DNA of 51,068 nt from Promethearchaeota archaeon (lineage in GTDB: Archaea > Asgardarchaeota > Lokiarchaeia > Sigyniarchaeales > SOKP01), in the NCBI GenBank assembly GCA_016840085.1, contig JAEOTA010000049.1:1-51068 (forward strand), given 5' to 3'. This document shows positions 39,386 to 49,288 of this stretch, one piece after another. The notes beneath the pieces were generated by a model. That model ran no database searches. It was not told the origin of the DNA and saw only the letters and a program-made list of their open reading frames with translations. Position numbers and translations under genes: made by a program. How positions within the stretch are numbered: position 1 is the stretch's first letter; every line of letters starts with the position of its first letter.

Positions 39386-40735
39386 ATGAAGCTATCTCAG
39401 AATAATAATAATTTGACATATAGTTATAATAGTATTGATATAAAACAAGCACTTACAAAATTTTCAAACTTAATAAGACTTTTTCCGTATCATCCAACGA
39501 AATCTAAAACTGAAAATATAGGATGGTTAACGCCTCAAAAATTCTTTCGTATTAGTGACATTCCAAAAAGACCATTTTGTGGAATTATTGAAACACTTCA
39601 CAGAAGGGGTTTTCCATTGTATGGTGATTGGCTTAATCATATAGAAAATCTTAAATTAGAGAAGAAAAACACTATTAAAATAAGAAACAAATTGGTAAAT
39701 CATTTAAGTGAACTTTTAAAAAACATCGTATATGACGAAGAAAATGGACGAATTACTGTCAATAATCAATTCAAGGAGTTAAGTATATGGATTAAGGTAA
39801 TTTATGAGAAAATTAACTATCTAAATGAAAAGGGAGGTTGGAATTTAGAATTCTTAAAGCAAGTAAGAAGAAGGAAAGAAATAGGGGATGCTTATAAGCA
39901 ATATCGTAAGACCAAAGCTAAAAGGATGGAGAAAAAAGTAGATCAATATCATAAAAGATTGAAAGAATTAATGAATGTTGAGGGAAATGATAATTTAATT
40001 CCAATCAGTTTTAGATATTATGAGAAAAAGAGGAAACTACCTAAAAATCCTTCAGAAGAAACAAAACTAAGATGGAAATTAGAAAGAATGGAATATAATT
40101 CAGATCTTACAAAATCTCTTTATAATGAGAAATTACCATTAGAATTATTATTTACTAAGATATTTCGTTTTAAACATAACTTAAATGAAACAAATATCAT
40201 ATCCCCTGAAGAATTTGATAATCTATTTAATAAAATATTAGTACTAATGGGCTATGATTGGATATCTTGTATTAATGGGGAATTAATGCTTATAGGATAT
40301 AGTACAGAGGAAAAAGAGGAAAAAGAAGTTTTTAGATATTTAAAGATATATCCAAAAGTAGTCGAGAATCTTGAAAAGTCAAAACAGCATTTACTGGAAG
40401 CAGATTGGAATAGTGTTATTTTATATTGTTGTAAAGCTATTGAACACTTTTATAAAAATCTCTTAGGAAATGAAAAGAGATATAAAAAGCTTAGTTTATC
40501 AGATTTAACCAAAGAAATGAGGAAGGAAAAGGAAAATCTTTTTAAAAAATCAGATAGTGCCGTAATGGATGGAATAAATCATTTGCTTTTATCTGGGATT
40601 AATGTAGTTGGAACCATAAGAAATACACGAGATTCGGGACACGGTAATGATAGAGATGTTATCGAATGGGAAGCAAAAATGGGTTATAGTTATGTAATTC
40701 TTCTGTTAAGAACAATATTAGAAATAAAGAAATAA
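39386..40735 (+). CDS. Protein with a C-terminal Abi_C/HEPN-like domain
   Basis: CKAIEHFYK...IRNTRDSGHG...EAK pattern of the abortive-infection C-terminal HEPN family. Confidence 0.65.
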   Translation: MKLSQNNNNLTYSYNSIDIKQALTKFSNLIRLFPYHPTKSKTENIGWLTPQKFFRISDIPKRPFCGIIETLHRRGFPLYGDWLNHIENLKLEKKNTIKIRNKLVNHLSELLKNIVYDEENGRITVNNQFKELSIWIKVIYEKINYLNEKGGWNLEFLKQVRRRKEIGDAYKQYRKTKAKRMEKKVDQYHKRLKELMNVEGNDNLIPISFRYYEKKRKLPKNPSEETKLRWKLERMEYNSDLTKSLYNEKLPLELLFTKIFRFKHNLNETNIISPEEFDNLFNKILVLMGYDWISCINGELMLIGYSTEEKEEKEVFRYLKIYPKVVENLEKSKQHLLEADWNSVILYCCKAIEHFYKNLLGNEKRYKKLSLSDLTKEMRKEKENLFKKSDSAVMDGINHLLLSGINVVGTIRNTRDSGHGNDRDVIEWEAKMGYSYVILLLRTILEIKK

Positions 40736-40847
40736 TAGATGATAAAAATATAAATTCTCTTTTTAAACAATTAAAGAATGAGATTAAAGTTGGAATTAAA
40801 AATCTAATAAATGTCCTTTGTTATTACTAAGGAGATAAAGATTAGGA

Positions 40848-41236
40848 TTAATTTCTTATTCTTCTAGTAAATTTATAAATTTTGTATGGTTTTGAACCGT
40901 CCATTTCTGAAGAACCTGAAAAACTCCCAATACTGCTATAGAGAGCATCCCCCTCAGAGTCTATCACTTCTTTTTTCAGAATATTACATAACAAATCATA
41001 ACCAAAACATATTGTAGTATATTGATCAAATTTCAAATCTTTCCCTTTAGTTTCTAAACTTTTAGCGTAATTGGCTGCACCACCTACAATTATTAGTTGA
41101 CTCTTTTTTTTTTTACCAATTTTCTCAATTCTAATGGTTCCAAAATCAATTCCAATTCTTACATTCATTATTTTGTAGTTTTTCGCTTGGAAATAAGGAT
41201 TTAAAATTTCATTAAGAATTTGAGATATTTTTTTTT
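40848..41236 (-). pseudogene. C-terminal fragment of a class III adenylate/guanylate (nucleotidyl) cyclase
   Basis: ILNPYF...VRIGIDFG...IVGGAANYAKSLE. The N-terminal catalytic Asp region is missing. Confidence 0.65.
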
Positions 41237-41239
41237 AGG

Positions 41240-41810
41240 ACCAGGCAAATAACCATCTAAAAATCTTCGAGTATATCGATCAGCATATTTATTTTTTCCA
41301 ACTCGTATCATTGGATCAGAATACCAAAGAAACAGACCATTCTTTTTTTAGTAATCTTCTTATCATTAAAATTAAACAAATACGTTCAACTGGAATCGGC
41401 ATAACTGTTGGAACATTTAATAATAGAATAATATCAAAAAAATTTTGTTTAATATTATAAATCTCTTTTGGAAATATGAGTTGATGGAAATTTTTTTTCT
41501 TTCTCAACTCTAACAATCTTTCTTCAGTCTTACTTCCTTCTTTGTATAAATCTTTAAAATCTGCACAATATACTTGAAAACCATTATCAACAAAAAATTT
41601 TGTATTCCTTAATCTAGCAACTCCTAAATCTAAAACAGTTGTAGATGAAGGATCTTTTCCATTCATAATATGGTTAAAAACATTTACTAATTGTTTACCT
41701 GGTTTGGATTTATTAAGAGCTGATCTTGTTTACATCAATAACAACATTCTTATAGCTAACGTGTCTAAATCCTTTTATAGGGTTAAAATCATAAATAGGA
41801 GTCTTCCATA
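41240..41810 (-). pseudogene. Frameshifted SAM-dependent methyltransferase-like gene
   Basis: VLDLGVARLRN motif. Coding-like sequence continues in other frames upstream (VVIDV/TRSAL) and downstream (NGLFLWYSDP) and abuts the cyclase fragment. Confidence 0.55.
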
Positions 41811-41966
41811 TTTTTCGTAAAAACTGACATTTTTATCAACTATATTAAATTTAGTATTATTAAGTTCTTAAATAACAGTATTAATTATTGAATAAAACAG
41901 AGAAAAAATTAGTATTACTTATTTCAAGATTTAAATAGATAGCGAAAATTAATTATTTTAACTAAT

Positions 41967-42260
41967 GTGAGCAAATTTATGGTAGAAATAAGAGAAGGAA
42001 TTAAACACGAGATATCTCTTGGAATTGCTTTAATAAAACAAATAGTACAAAATAGAGGACATCCTTTAGATATTATTAGAGAGGCTTTATCGAATTCATG
42101 TGCTAGAGAAGTAAAAGCATCATTTTTCAAAATAACAATATTTTATGATGGGATGTATGGTTGGTCTTTTATTTTTGAAGATGACGGGATAGGGATGGAT
42201 TACACTGGTGAAAAGGAGCCAGAAAAACAGGGTAGATTGGATAGATTTTTAGAGGTATAA
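41967..42260 (+). pseudogene. N-terminal fragment of a GHKL (HATPase/MORC-like) ATPase
   Basis: IIREALSNS (N-box) and EDDGIGM (G1 box), truncated before the G2 box. Confidence 0.7.
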
Positions 42261-42422
42261 AAAGGAATTAATTTTTAATTCAAAAAGGATCGTATGATTC
42301 AATAAAAACTAATTTTACAATCATTTAAATTTGATAAAATAAGAAATAAGAAAAAATATATACTTGAATATTACTTTAAATATATAAGAAATAAAACAAA
42401 TTTAAACAATATAAAAAACATT

Positions 42423-42761
42423 ATGAAAACGAGAAATTTGCAAAAATGGGAGAAGTTTGAAAGTGATATATGCAAATTTTTGGATATGGATCATATTGGC
42501 GGGTCTGGAAAGCCCGACTGTAAAAATCCAAATGATCCAACTGAAATAGCGGAAGCAAAAAGTTATAGTAGAGACTTCAATGCTTATGACTTAAAGAGAG
42601 AATTAAAAAACGCAAAAAAACATGGTGGAAAGAAGATACAGATTATGGTAAAACATGAATGCACTGAAAATGCCAAAAAGTTAGCTGAACAATTACCAGA
42701 AGTAGTTCTTAGGTGTAATTGCAGTGACCTTTTTAAAAATAAGAAGACAAACACTTCATAA
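42423..42761 (+). CDS. Small restriction-endonuclease-like (Mrr/PD-(D/E)XK) protein
   Basis: WEKFE...GGSGKPD...AEAKS. Confidence 0.6.
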   Translation: MKTRNLQKWEKFESDICKFLDMDHIGGSGKPDCKNPNDPTEIAEAKSYSRDFNAYDLKRELKNAKKHGGKKIQIMVKHECTENAKKLAEQLPEVVLRCNCSDLFKNKKTNTS

Positions 42762-42789
42762 TTAAAGAGAAGAGGGATTGTAACTTGAT

Positions 42790-42858
42790 TTTCTCATTTA
42801 TTTTTGAAACTTGTCTCAATTATTTTTGCAAAATTCTCATTTATTATTGAAAGTTACA
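42790..42858 (-). repeat. pyrF-proximal transposon end with three near-contiguous ~20-bp sites
   Basis: The minus strand reads TGTAAC-TTTCAATAATAAATGAGAAT-T-TTGCAAAAATAATTGAGACA-AG-TTTCAAAAATAAATGAGAAA. Confidence 0.85.
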
Positions 42859-42888
42859 ATAATAATTAAATATGAATTTATCCTCACT

Positions 42889-43809
42889 ATGTATTTTATT
42901 GAGCAATTAGTTCAATTAATTAAAGAAAAACGAAGCGTTGTTTCTATGGGACTTGATCCCAGGATGGATAAAGAGGGGGAAATTCCCAAATATTTAATTG
43001 ATGAATATGATAATCCTGACAAAATTATTTTGGAATTTAACAAAGAACTAATCGAAGATACGTGCGATTTAATTCCAGTTGTAAAACCTCAAATCGCTTT
43101 TTATGAAAAATATGAAGCCTTAGATGCATTAAAAGAAACTATAAAATATGCTCATAAAAAGGATTTACTAGTTATTTTAGATTCAAAAAGAAATGATATT
43201 GGATCTACTTCTGAAGCGTATGCTTATTCTACGTTTAAAAATTTTAATGCGGATGCGTGTACTATAAATGCATATTTAGGAATTGATTGTGTTAAACCCT
43301 TTTTAGAATATAAAGAAAAAGGTTTGTTTGTCCTTGTAAAAACATCAAATCCAAGCAGTAGTGATTTTCAAAATCTATTTAGCACTAGAATTGAGGATGT
43401 CCCTGATGAAAAATTCGAATATAAAGTCGAAAATAAGATTTTAAAAAGAAATTATATTAATATGGCCGAATTAGTACGAGAATGGTCAATACCTTTACAA
43501 AAATTTAACTCTTTTGGCAATTTAGGAGCTGTGGTTGGAGCTACCTATCCTAATGAATTAAGAGAAATTAGAAATATTATGAAAAGTTCATTTATTTTAA
43601 TACCGGGTTATGGAGCACAGGGAGCTCAAGCAAAAGATATTAAATATGGATTTTTTGAAAAAGGATTTGGGGGAATAGTAAATTCATCACGAGGAATAAT
43701 ATATGCTTATAGTAGAAGTAAAAAATTTACCGAAAAGGAATTCACTAAAGCAGCTAGAGATGAGATAATTGATATGAATCAAAAAATAAATAAAGAAATT
43801 GGAATCTAA
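42889..43809 (+). CDS. pyrF: Orotidine-5'-phosphate decarboxylase
   Basis: GLDP, KPQIAFYE, DSKRNDIGST, VKTSNP, VVGATYP, PGYGAQG, NSSRGIIYA. The TTG at 42811 lies inside the transposon end, so ATG 42889 is used. Confidence 0.95.
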   Translation: MYFIEQLVQLIKEKRSVVSMGLDPRMDKEGEIPKYLIDEYDNPDKIILEFNKELIEDTCDLIPVVKPQIAFYEKYEALDALKETIKYAHKKDLLVILDSKRNDIGSTSEAYAYSTFKNFNADACTINAYLGIDCVKPFLEYKEKGLFVLVKTSNPSSSDFQNLFSTRIEDVPDEKFEYKVENKILKRNYINMAELVREWSIPLQKFNSFGNLGAVVGATYPNELREIRNIMKSSFILIPGYGAQGAQAKDIKYGFFEKGFGGIVNSSRGIIYAYSRSKKFTEKEFTKAARDEIIDMNQKINKEIGI

Positions 43810-43825
43810 GGGAATTTTTTAAATT

Positions 43826-44215
43826 TTACCTTAATACACTTCCTCCTGAAAATAAAATAGCCATTGCAAAAGATATAGGGGCAAGAATTAATAACATTAC
43901 TACAAAAGAACGTTTTATACCAATTTTATGAATCACGTTTATGACGTGTGTAACTATGAATGCTGAAAAGATTATGACCAAAGCTATTATACCTCCTGGT
44001 GGACCTTCTTCAAAAGAGGACATAGACAAGGGTAAACTAATAAATAGAATAATACCAAATTGTATTCCAAAACTCGTAGCTACCCATTTCATATTTGTTT
44101 TTTCTTGAGCTTTTGTTACTATTAATCCAATTTTGAAAATTAAAATACTGCCCAGAATTAAGACTAATGTGATAATAATAATCTGAATTCCTCCCATTCT
44201 ATCTTGAAAAATCAT
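43826..44215 (-). CDS. Small 4-TM membrane protein
   Basis: Four hydrophobic segments. Confidence 0.65.
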   Translation of the reverse strand: MIFQDRMGGIQIIIITLVLILGSILIFKIGLIVTKAQEKTNMKWVATSFGIQFGIILFISLPLSMSSFEEGPPGGIIALVIIFSAFIVTHVINVIHKIGIKRSFVVMLLILAPISFAMAILFSGGSVLR

Positions 44216-44424
44216 ATAAACATCAACTGCAAATTTTATTTTAACCCGAGGTTTTAAAAATTATATTTATTTTTGAAATTACTTTTAACTAATTATATTA
44301 TAAAAGATATAAGAAAGATTTTTGATATAAATTTATTTAATCAAAACAGAGTAGTTAGATTTATAAAATTAACATAAAATATTGGAGGAATTTACAAATA
44401 AAGTTAAAAAAGATGTGATTTGCA

Positions 44425-46386
44425 ATGGAAAATGATAACAGTGAAGAAATACGGATTTTCGTTGCTATATGCGATTGAGGTCTAAATATTGCTGAAATTA
44501 TTGACACTAATTCCTTAGTAGAGTTCTCAAAAACACTTCCGAATGTGGTTGCGGCAGATAGATATATTAGTCTTTGTACAGAGCCAGGAGCTGAATTTAT
44601 TAAAGAAAATATGATCGAAAATAATGCAAATAGATTAGTAGTTGCATCATGTACTCCTATAACGCATGAACCTGTGTTTAAAAGTGTATTAGAATCTATG
44701 GAAATAGATCCTTCCTACTTAGAATTTGTAAATATTCGCGAACATTCTAGTTTTGTTCATCGAAAAGATAAACCAGGTGCTCAAAGGGTTGCAGAAGACC
44801 AAATAAAGTCAGGAGTGGCAAGAGCAGCTGTTTTAGAACCTATTCTAATAAAAGAGGTCGATATCACGAAAAAAGCACTGATCATTGGTGGTGGTGTCTC
44901 AGGATTATCTGCGAGTATCGATTTAGCTGAAGAAGGATTTGAAGTGCATTTAGTGGAAAAAAGTCCTACAATTGGAGGAAAAATGGCAAAATTAGATAGA
45001 ACATTTCCTACAGATGATTGTAGTATATGAATACTGGGACCAGTTATGCTCCAAGCATCAAGAACACCTGGATTAAATTTATACACATATAGTCAAGTAG
45101 AAGAAGTCAGTGGATTTGTTGGAAATTTTGATGTTAAAATTCGAAAAAAAGCGCGATATGTCAATAACGATTGTAATGGTTGTGGCGCATGCTTTGACGT
45201 ATGTCCAGCATATGGATACAATGAATTCAATGAAGGAATGGATTCAAGAAAAGCAATATACCTAGCTTTTGCTCAAGCAGTTCCTTCACTAGCACAAATT
45301 GATATGACAAAATGTATAAAATGTGAACTATGTAAAGGCGCTTGCGAGCTAGATGCGATAGATTTTGATCAAGAAGATGAAATCATAGAATTACAAGTTG
45401 GTTCAATTATAGTAGCTACAGGATGGGATGAATTTGAGCCACCAATAGGATATTTAGGATACAACAAATATCCTAACGTTATAACACAATTAAAACTAGA
45501 AAGAGTGTTAGCACCAAACGGACCAACTTTTGGACATCTTGTTCGCCCATCTGATGGAAAGGAGCCAAAAAAAATTCTCTTCATCCAATGTGTAGGTTCT
45601 AGGGATTTGAACATGAATACGTATTGTAGTTCTGGTGTATGTTGTATGATATCGATAAAAAATAGTAAACTAATAAAACAACACTCTCCTGAAGTAGATA
45701 TTACTGTTGCGTACATGGATATGAGAGCTGCCGGGAAAGATTACGAAGAATATTTCACTCTTTCAAGAAAAGAAGGTATTAAATATATCAGAACAAATAT
45801 TAGCCGTATTAAAGAAGATCCAGAAACTCATAACTTGAAGATTGTAATGCAGAATACTCTAGGGTCGGGAGGCTTAAAAGAATTAGAATTTGATCTGGTT
45901 ATACTCTCTGCAGCATTGGTACCAGCTAAAGGTGTAGAAACGATTGAAAGGATGCTAAAACTTGAAACTAGTCAAGATGGATTTTTCAAAGAATTCCATG
46001 CGAGACTTAACCCAATCGACACAAAGATTCCTGGAATAGTTCTTGCTGGGGTTAGTCAAGGTCCCAAATCGATTGTAGAATCTATTGCCCATGGTCGAGC
46101 GGCTGCATCTTCATTAGCTAGACTTATGACAAAAGATAAATATCGCATTCTTTTAATCCGAGCAGCAGTTGAAGATAAAGAGAAGTGTGCAAAATGTGGA
46201 TTATGTGAATTGAATTGTCCATATAATGCTATTACACTTATGGATGATGGAGCTGAAGTGAATGAGATTTTGTGTAGAGGCTGTGGATCTTGCTTAGCTA
46301 ATTGTCCTTCTGAAGCAATTACTCTAAGATACTATAGGGAACCTCAATATGAAAAACAAATTGATGCAATCTTGGAAGAGACATAG
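44425..46386 (+). CDS. hdrA: Heterodisulfide reductase subunit A, selenoprotein with two Sec (653 aa)
   Basis: One frame from ATG 44425. In-frame TGA at 44476 (ICD-U-G, normally CHCG) and 45028 (DCSI-U-IL, normally DCxxCIL). FAD motif IIGGGVSG and ferredoxin motifs are present. Confidence 0.93.
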
Positions 46387-46399
46387 AGAGGTGACAGAA

Positions 46400-46858
46400 A
46401 TGGCTGAGGTTTCAGATAATGATGTTAAAATTTTAGCATTCCTATGTTGGAAATGAGGATATGGTGCAGGAGATATGGCAGGTACAATCCGAGCTCAATA
46501 TCCCGCTACATTAAGACCAGTAAGGATTAATTGTTCGGGAAGAGTTACTCCAAGTTTAATGATGCGCGCCATAGGGAAAGGAGCTGATGGAGTAGCAATT
46601 GGTGCTTGATACCGCGGTGAATGCGATTATGAAACGGGTAATTTAGTGGCTGAACGTAATGTAGCGTATGCAAAGGAAATATTAAAATCAGTAGGGATTT
46701 CACCTGCGAGGATACAAATGTTTCATTGTAGTGCTGCTGAGGGACAAAAATTTCAGAATGAAGCAACTCGGATTACTGAGATAATCCAAAAATTAGGTAA
46801 CAATCCTTTAAAAAATTCAAATCCTTCTAAAAAGGGAGGAAAAAATAAAACCGAATGA
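46400..46858 (+). CDS. mvhD: Methyl-viologen-reducing hydrogenase delta subunit (MvhD/VhuD), selenoprotein with two Sec
   Basis: ATG 46400 follows GAGGTGA. FLCWK-U-GY (TGA 46454), CSGRV, GADGVAIGA-U-YRGECDY (TGA 46607). Confidence 0.92.
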
Positions 46859-46918
46859 ATGAATCTTGTGAATAAATTTTAGTCACAAGGCGACAAATCA
46901 TTATGTAATGGTTTCGGT
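46850..46918 (+). promoter_or_regulatory. Eukaryote-like SECIS element in the 3' UTR
   Basis: AUGA (46859-62), stem UCUUGUGA/UCACAAGG (46864-71/46883-90), A-rich apical region, GA (46892-93). Lower pairings AAUGA/UCAUU and ACCGAA/UUCGGU. Confidence 0.8.
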
Positions 46919-46983
46919 AATTAAATTAATAAATAATAATAAAAATAAAAAAAAATTTTATATAATTTTAACAAAGGCTTATT

Positions 46984-47490
46984 TTAAATTGATTCTCCGC
47001 GTCCAAAGATTTTATCTCCAAATTTTTCAAATACAAATGCGACAATACATATAATACCTGAAATGAGAATCCCAATAGGAGCGAAACCAATAGTAACTTC
47101 ACCGAACATATCAGTGTCTGAATCAAATACCATCATTAAGATTGGAAATATAATCAGTGCAATTCCAACTAGTGCATAGACTAACCAATCCCATTTAAAA
47201 TCCATACCTTTCATATTATGGATTCCATAAAATAATAGTATTGCAATTGACATACAAGTTATTCCTAAAGTCCAAATACTTGCAGCTCCACCACCAAACC
47301 AGGAGGGGTCTGCGTCTTCATTATACGCTATAATTGAAGACCACCAGAGGGTAGTGTCTGGAAAATCTGCTCCTAGTAATGTATCAGTAGTTCCTACTGG
47401 AGTGAAAATCGATATGAGCGCAAGGACAGCAGCAATTAAAATATATAACCAAATGTCTTTTTTAAAATCTATACTTACCATATTTTTCAA
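46984..47490 (-). CDS. 4-TM membrane protein
   Basis: Four hydrophobic segments. Confidence 0.65.
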   Translation of the reverse strand: MKNMVSIDFKKDIWLYILIAAVLALISIFTPVGTTDTLLGADFPDTTLWWSSIIAYNEDADPSWFGGGAASIWTLGITCMSIAILLFYGIHNMKGMDFKWDWLVYALVGIALIIFPILMMVFDSDTDMFGEVTIGFAPIGILISGIICIVAFVFEKFGDKIFGRGESI

Positions 47491-47950
47491 CTCATTCTAT
47501 TTTTTATTAATATATTAGTTTTTGGAAAATTCGGTGTTAAGTTCATTTTATTCTCAGATTATTTAAATTTTATTGAATTTCATAATATTTTCAATTTTAA
47601 AATCCAATAACATTAAAATGAATCATCTCAACCATTAAACTAAACTCATTGATTATAAATAATTCTTTTTAAAAACTTAGTATTCCTTAAATTTTTTAAA
47701 ACCATTTGAGCCTTGGTCGGTCTTTCATCCATTTATTAATAATTTAATAATCAAGAAATAGTAGAAAAGAAGAATACTGTAAATATTGATTATATTTCTT
47801 AATTTTATTTTTCATTTTAAGGAGTATATTAAATATTTAATTCTTTTTTTTTATTTTATCAATTAAAAAGTCATAAGATAATTATTTGCTTAATTTTTAA
47901 TTTTAAAATAAATTATTAGAAGTAATATTATTTATCGAAGTGAGTTTAAG

Positions 47951-49249
47951 ATGGGAAAAGACGCTGAAAAGCTATTATTAAAAGCAGATAAACTAAATAA
48001 AGCAATGCAATATAAGAGAGCAGCTAAAGTTTACAGTTCTGCTGGTGCTTCTTATCTAAGTTTAGGTGATTATACACTGGCAAGAGATTGCTTTTTTAAT
48101 GCCGCTTTATGTTCTAATAATGAAGAGAAATATCAAGTAAGTCTAGAATTTTTAAGGAATGCTGGAAATGCCTCACTTCTAGATTCTGATTTTTCAGAAG
48201 CTTATCAAATTTTTCGGAAAAGTCTAGAATATATCCCTAGCTTAAGAAGTGCTTCAGATCGAAATTATAATTACATTTTATTTTCAAGTTTATCCTATAT
48301 GTGTTTATTTCTCGAGGGAAAACAAGAAGAAGGCCTCAATTTAGTTAAGAAATACAAAAGTAATGTTGATAATATGTATTTTAAAGATCATCCTTTGGTT
48401 CATTACATCACAAATTTAACACTTGCAATAAAAGAAAAAAACGATAAATATCTAGAAAGAATTAAAAATGATTTTGATAACCTTAAATTCAAAGAAGGTG
48501 AAATTATCTTAGCTAAAAATGTATTAGTTTTAGCAAAATCTAATATTTCATTAATAAATAGATTGAATTTTGATAAAGATTTATACACCACTAATGATAC
48601 TATAAACTTAATTTTAGAAATTGATACAAATCCTTTAACAGAAATTTCTAATAACAAATTCTATGATTATACCATAGAAGATATAGAAATATCAAAAATT
48701 AGTATTACTCTTTCTGATAATTTGACTTCGCAAAAGCACTCGGATCTTCCAATTCTAATAAAACTAGGAAAGATTCACAAAACAGATCTTTTTATTAAAC
48801 CTCATTTTCAAATGGAAAACCCTTTTATTGGACCAATTTTGTTATCCTGTAAATTGAATGGAAATTTAATATTTTATCATGAAATTTCTCAAGTATTAAA
48901 ACCAAATTTAATATCACCACCTCCCTCCCTAGAAATTTCTGTGGATACTCTACGAACTCCACTCATAGATACAACTTTTCCCCTCGAAGTTCTCATAGAA
49001 AACAAAAGTGATGGAGAAGCACTGGATTTAAAAGTAAATGTAGAGTTTCCAGAACAAATTAAAGTTATGAGAGGTACATTAGAAAAGCAAATATATTCAC
49101 TAAGAACAAATGAAAATATAAAATGGGAAATAAATATTAAGCCTATTGAAGCAGGAGATTATATTATTAAAATTAATACAATATTCAACGACCCAGATCA
49201 AAATATTATTGAAGAGAACAAAGAGTTTCCCCTGTCAATAAAACTGTAA
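47951..49249 (+). CDS. TPR/alpha-SNAP-like solenoid followed by two Ig-like beta domains
   Basis: N-terminal A/Y-patterned helical repeats (YKRAAKVYSSAG...ARDCFFNAALC). C-terminal beta-rich segment (LEVLIENKSDGEALDLKVNVEFP...IKPIEAGDY). Confidence 0.55.
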   Translation: MGKDAEKLLLKADKLNKAMQYKRAAKVYSSAGASYLSLGDYTLARDCFFNAALCSNNEEKYQVSLEFLRNAGNASLLDSDFSEAYQIFRKSLEYIPSLRSASDRNYNYILFSSLSYMCLFLEGKQEEGLNLVKKYKSNVDNMYFKDHPLVHYITNLTLAIKEKNDKYLERIKNDFDNLKFKEGEIILAKNVLVLAKSNISLINRLNFDKDLYTTNDTINLILEIDTNPLTEISNNKFYDYTIEDIEISKISITLSDNLTSQKHSDLPILIKLGKIHKTDLFIKPHFQMENPFIGPILLSCKLNGNLIFYHEISQVLKPNLISPPPSLEISVDTLRTPLIDTTFPLEVLIENKSDGEALDLKVNVEFPEQIKVMRGTLEKQIYSLRTNENIKWEINIKPIEAGDYIIKINTIFNDPDQNIIEENKEFPLSIKL

Positions 49250-49288
49250 AAGAAAAATATTGAAGATTCCAAGGAAATTTGGTATTTT

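Larger units (their letters stand above)
28725..42858. mobile_element. Tn7-like transposon, non-autonomous, 14,134 bp, with defence-like cargo
   Basis: Ends TGTAACTTTCGATAATAAATGAGA and (reverse complement) TGTAACTTTCAATAATAAATGAGA are 23/24 identical. A 5-bp duplication ATAAT lies at 28720-28724 and 42859-42863. Both ends carry repeated internal sites. Confidence 0.85.

Noticed and set aside
42423-42761. TnsA of the Tn7-like element
   Set aside because: Only 112 aa, transcribed toward the end, and not followed by tnsB/tnsC.
42811-42888. N-terminal extension of PyrF from TTG 42811
   Set aside because: It overlaps the transposon right end and the TSD, and does not resemble PyrF sequence.
44425-46858. 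hdrA and mvhD as fragmented pseudogenes
   Set aside because: All four interruptions are in-frame TGA at conserved Cys positions and a SECIS-like hairpin follows.
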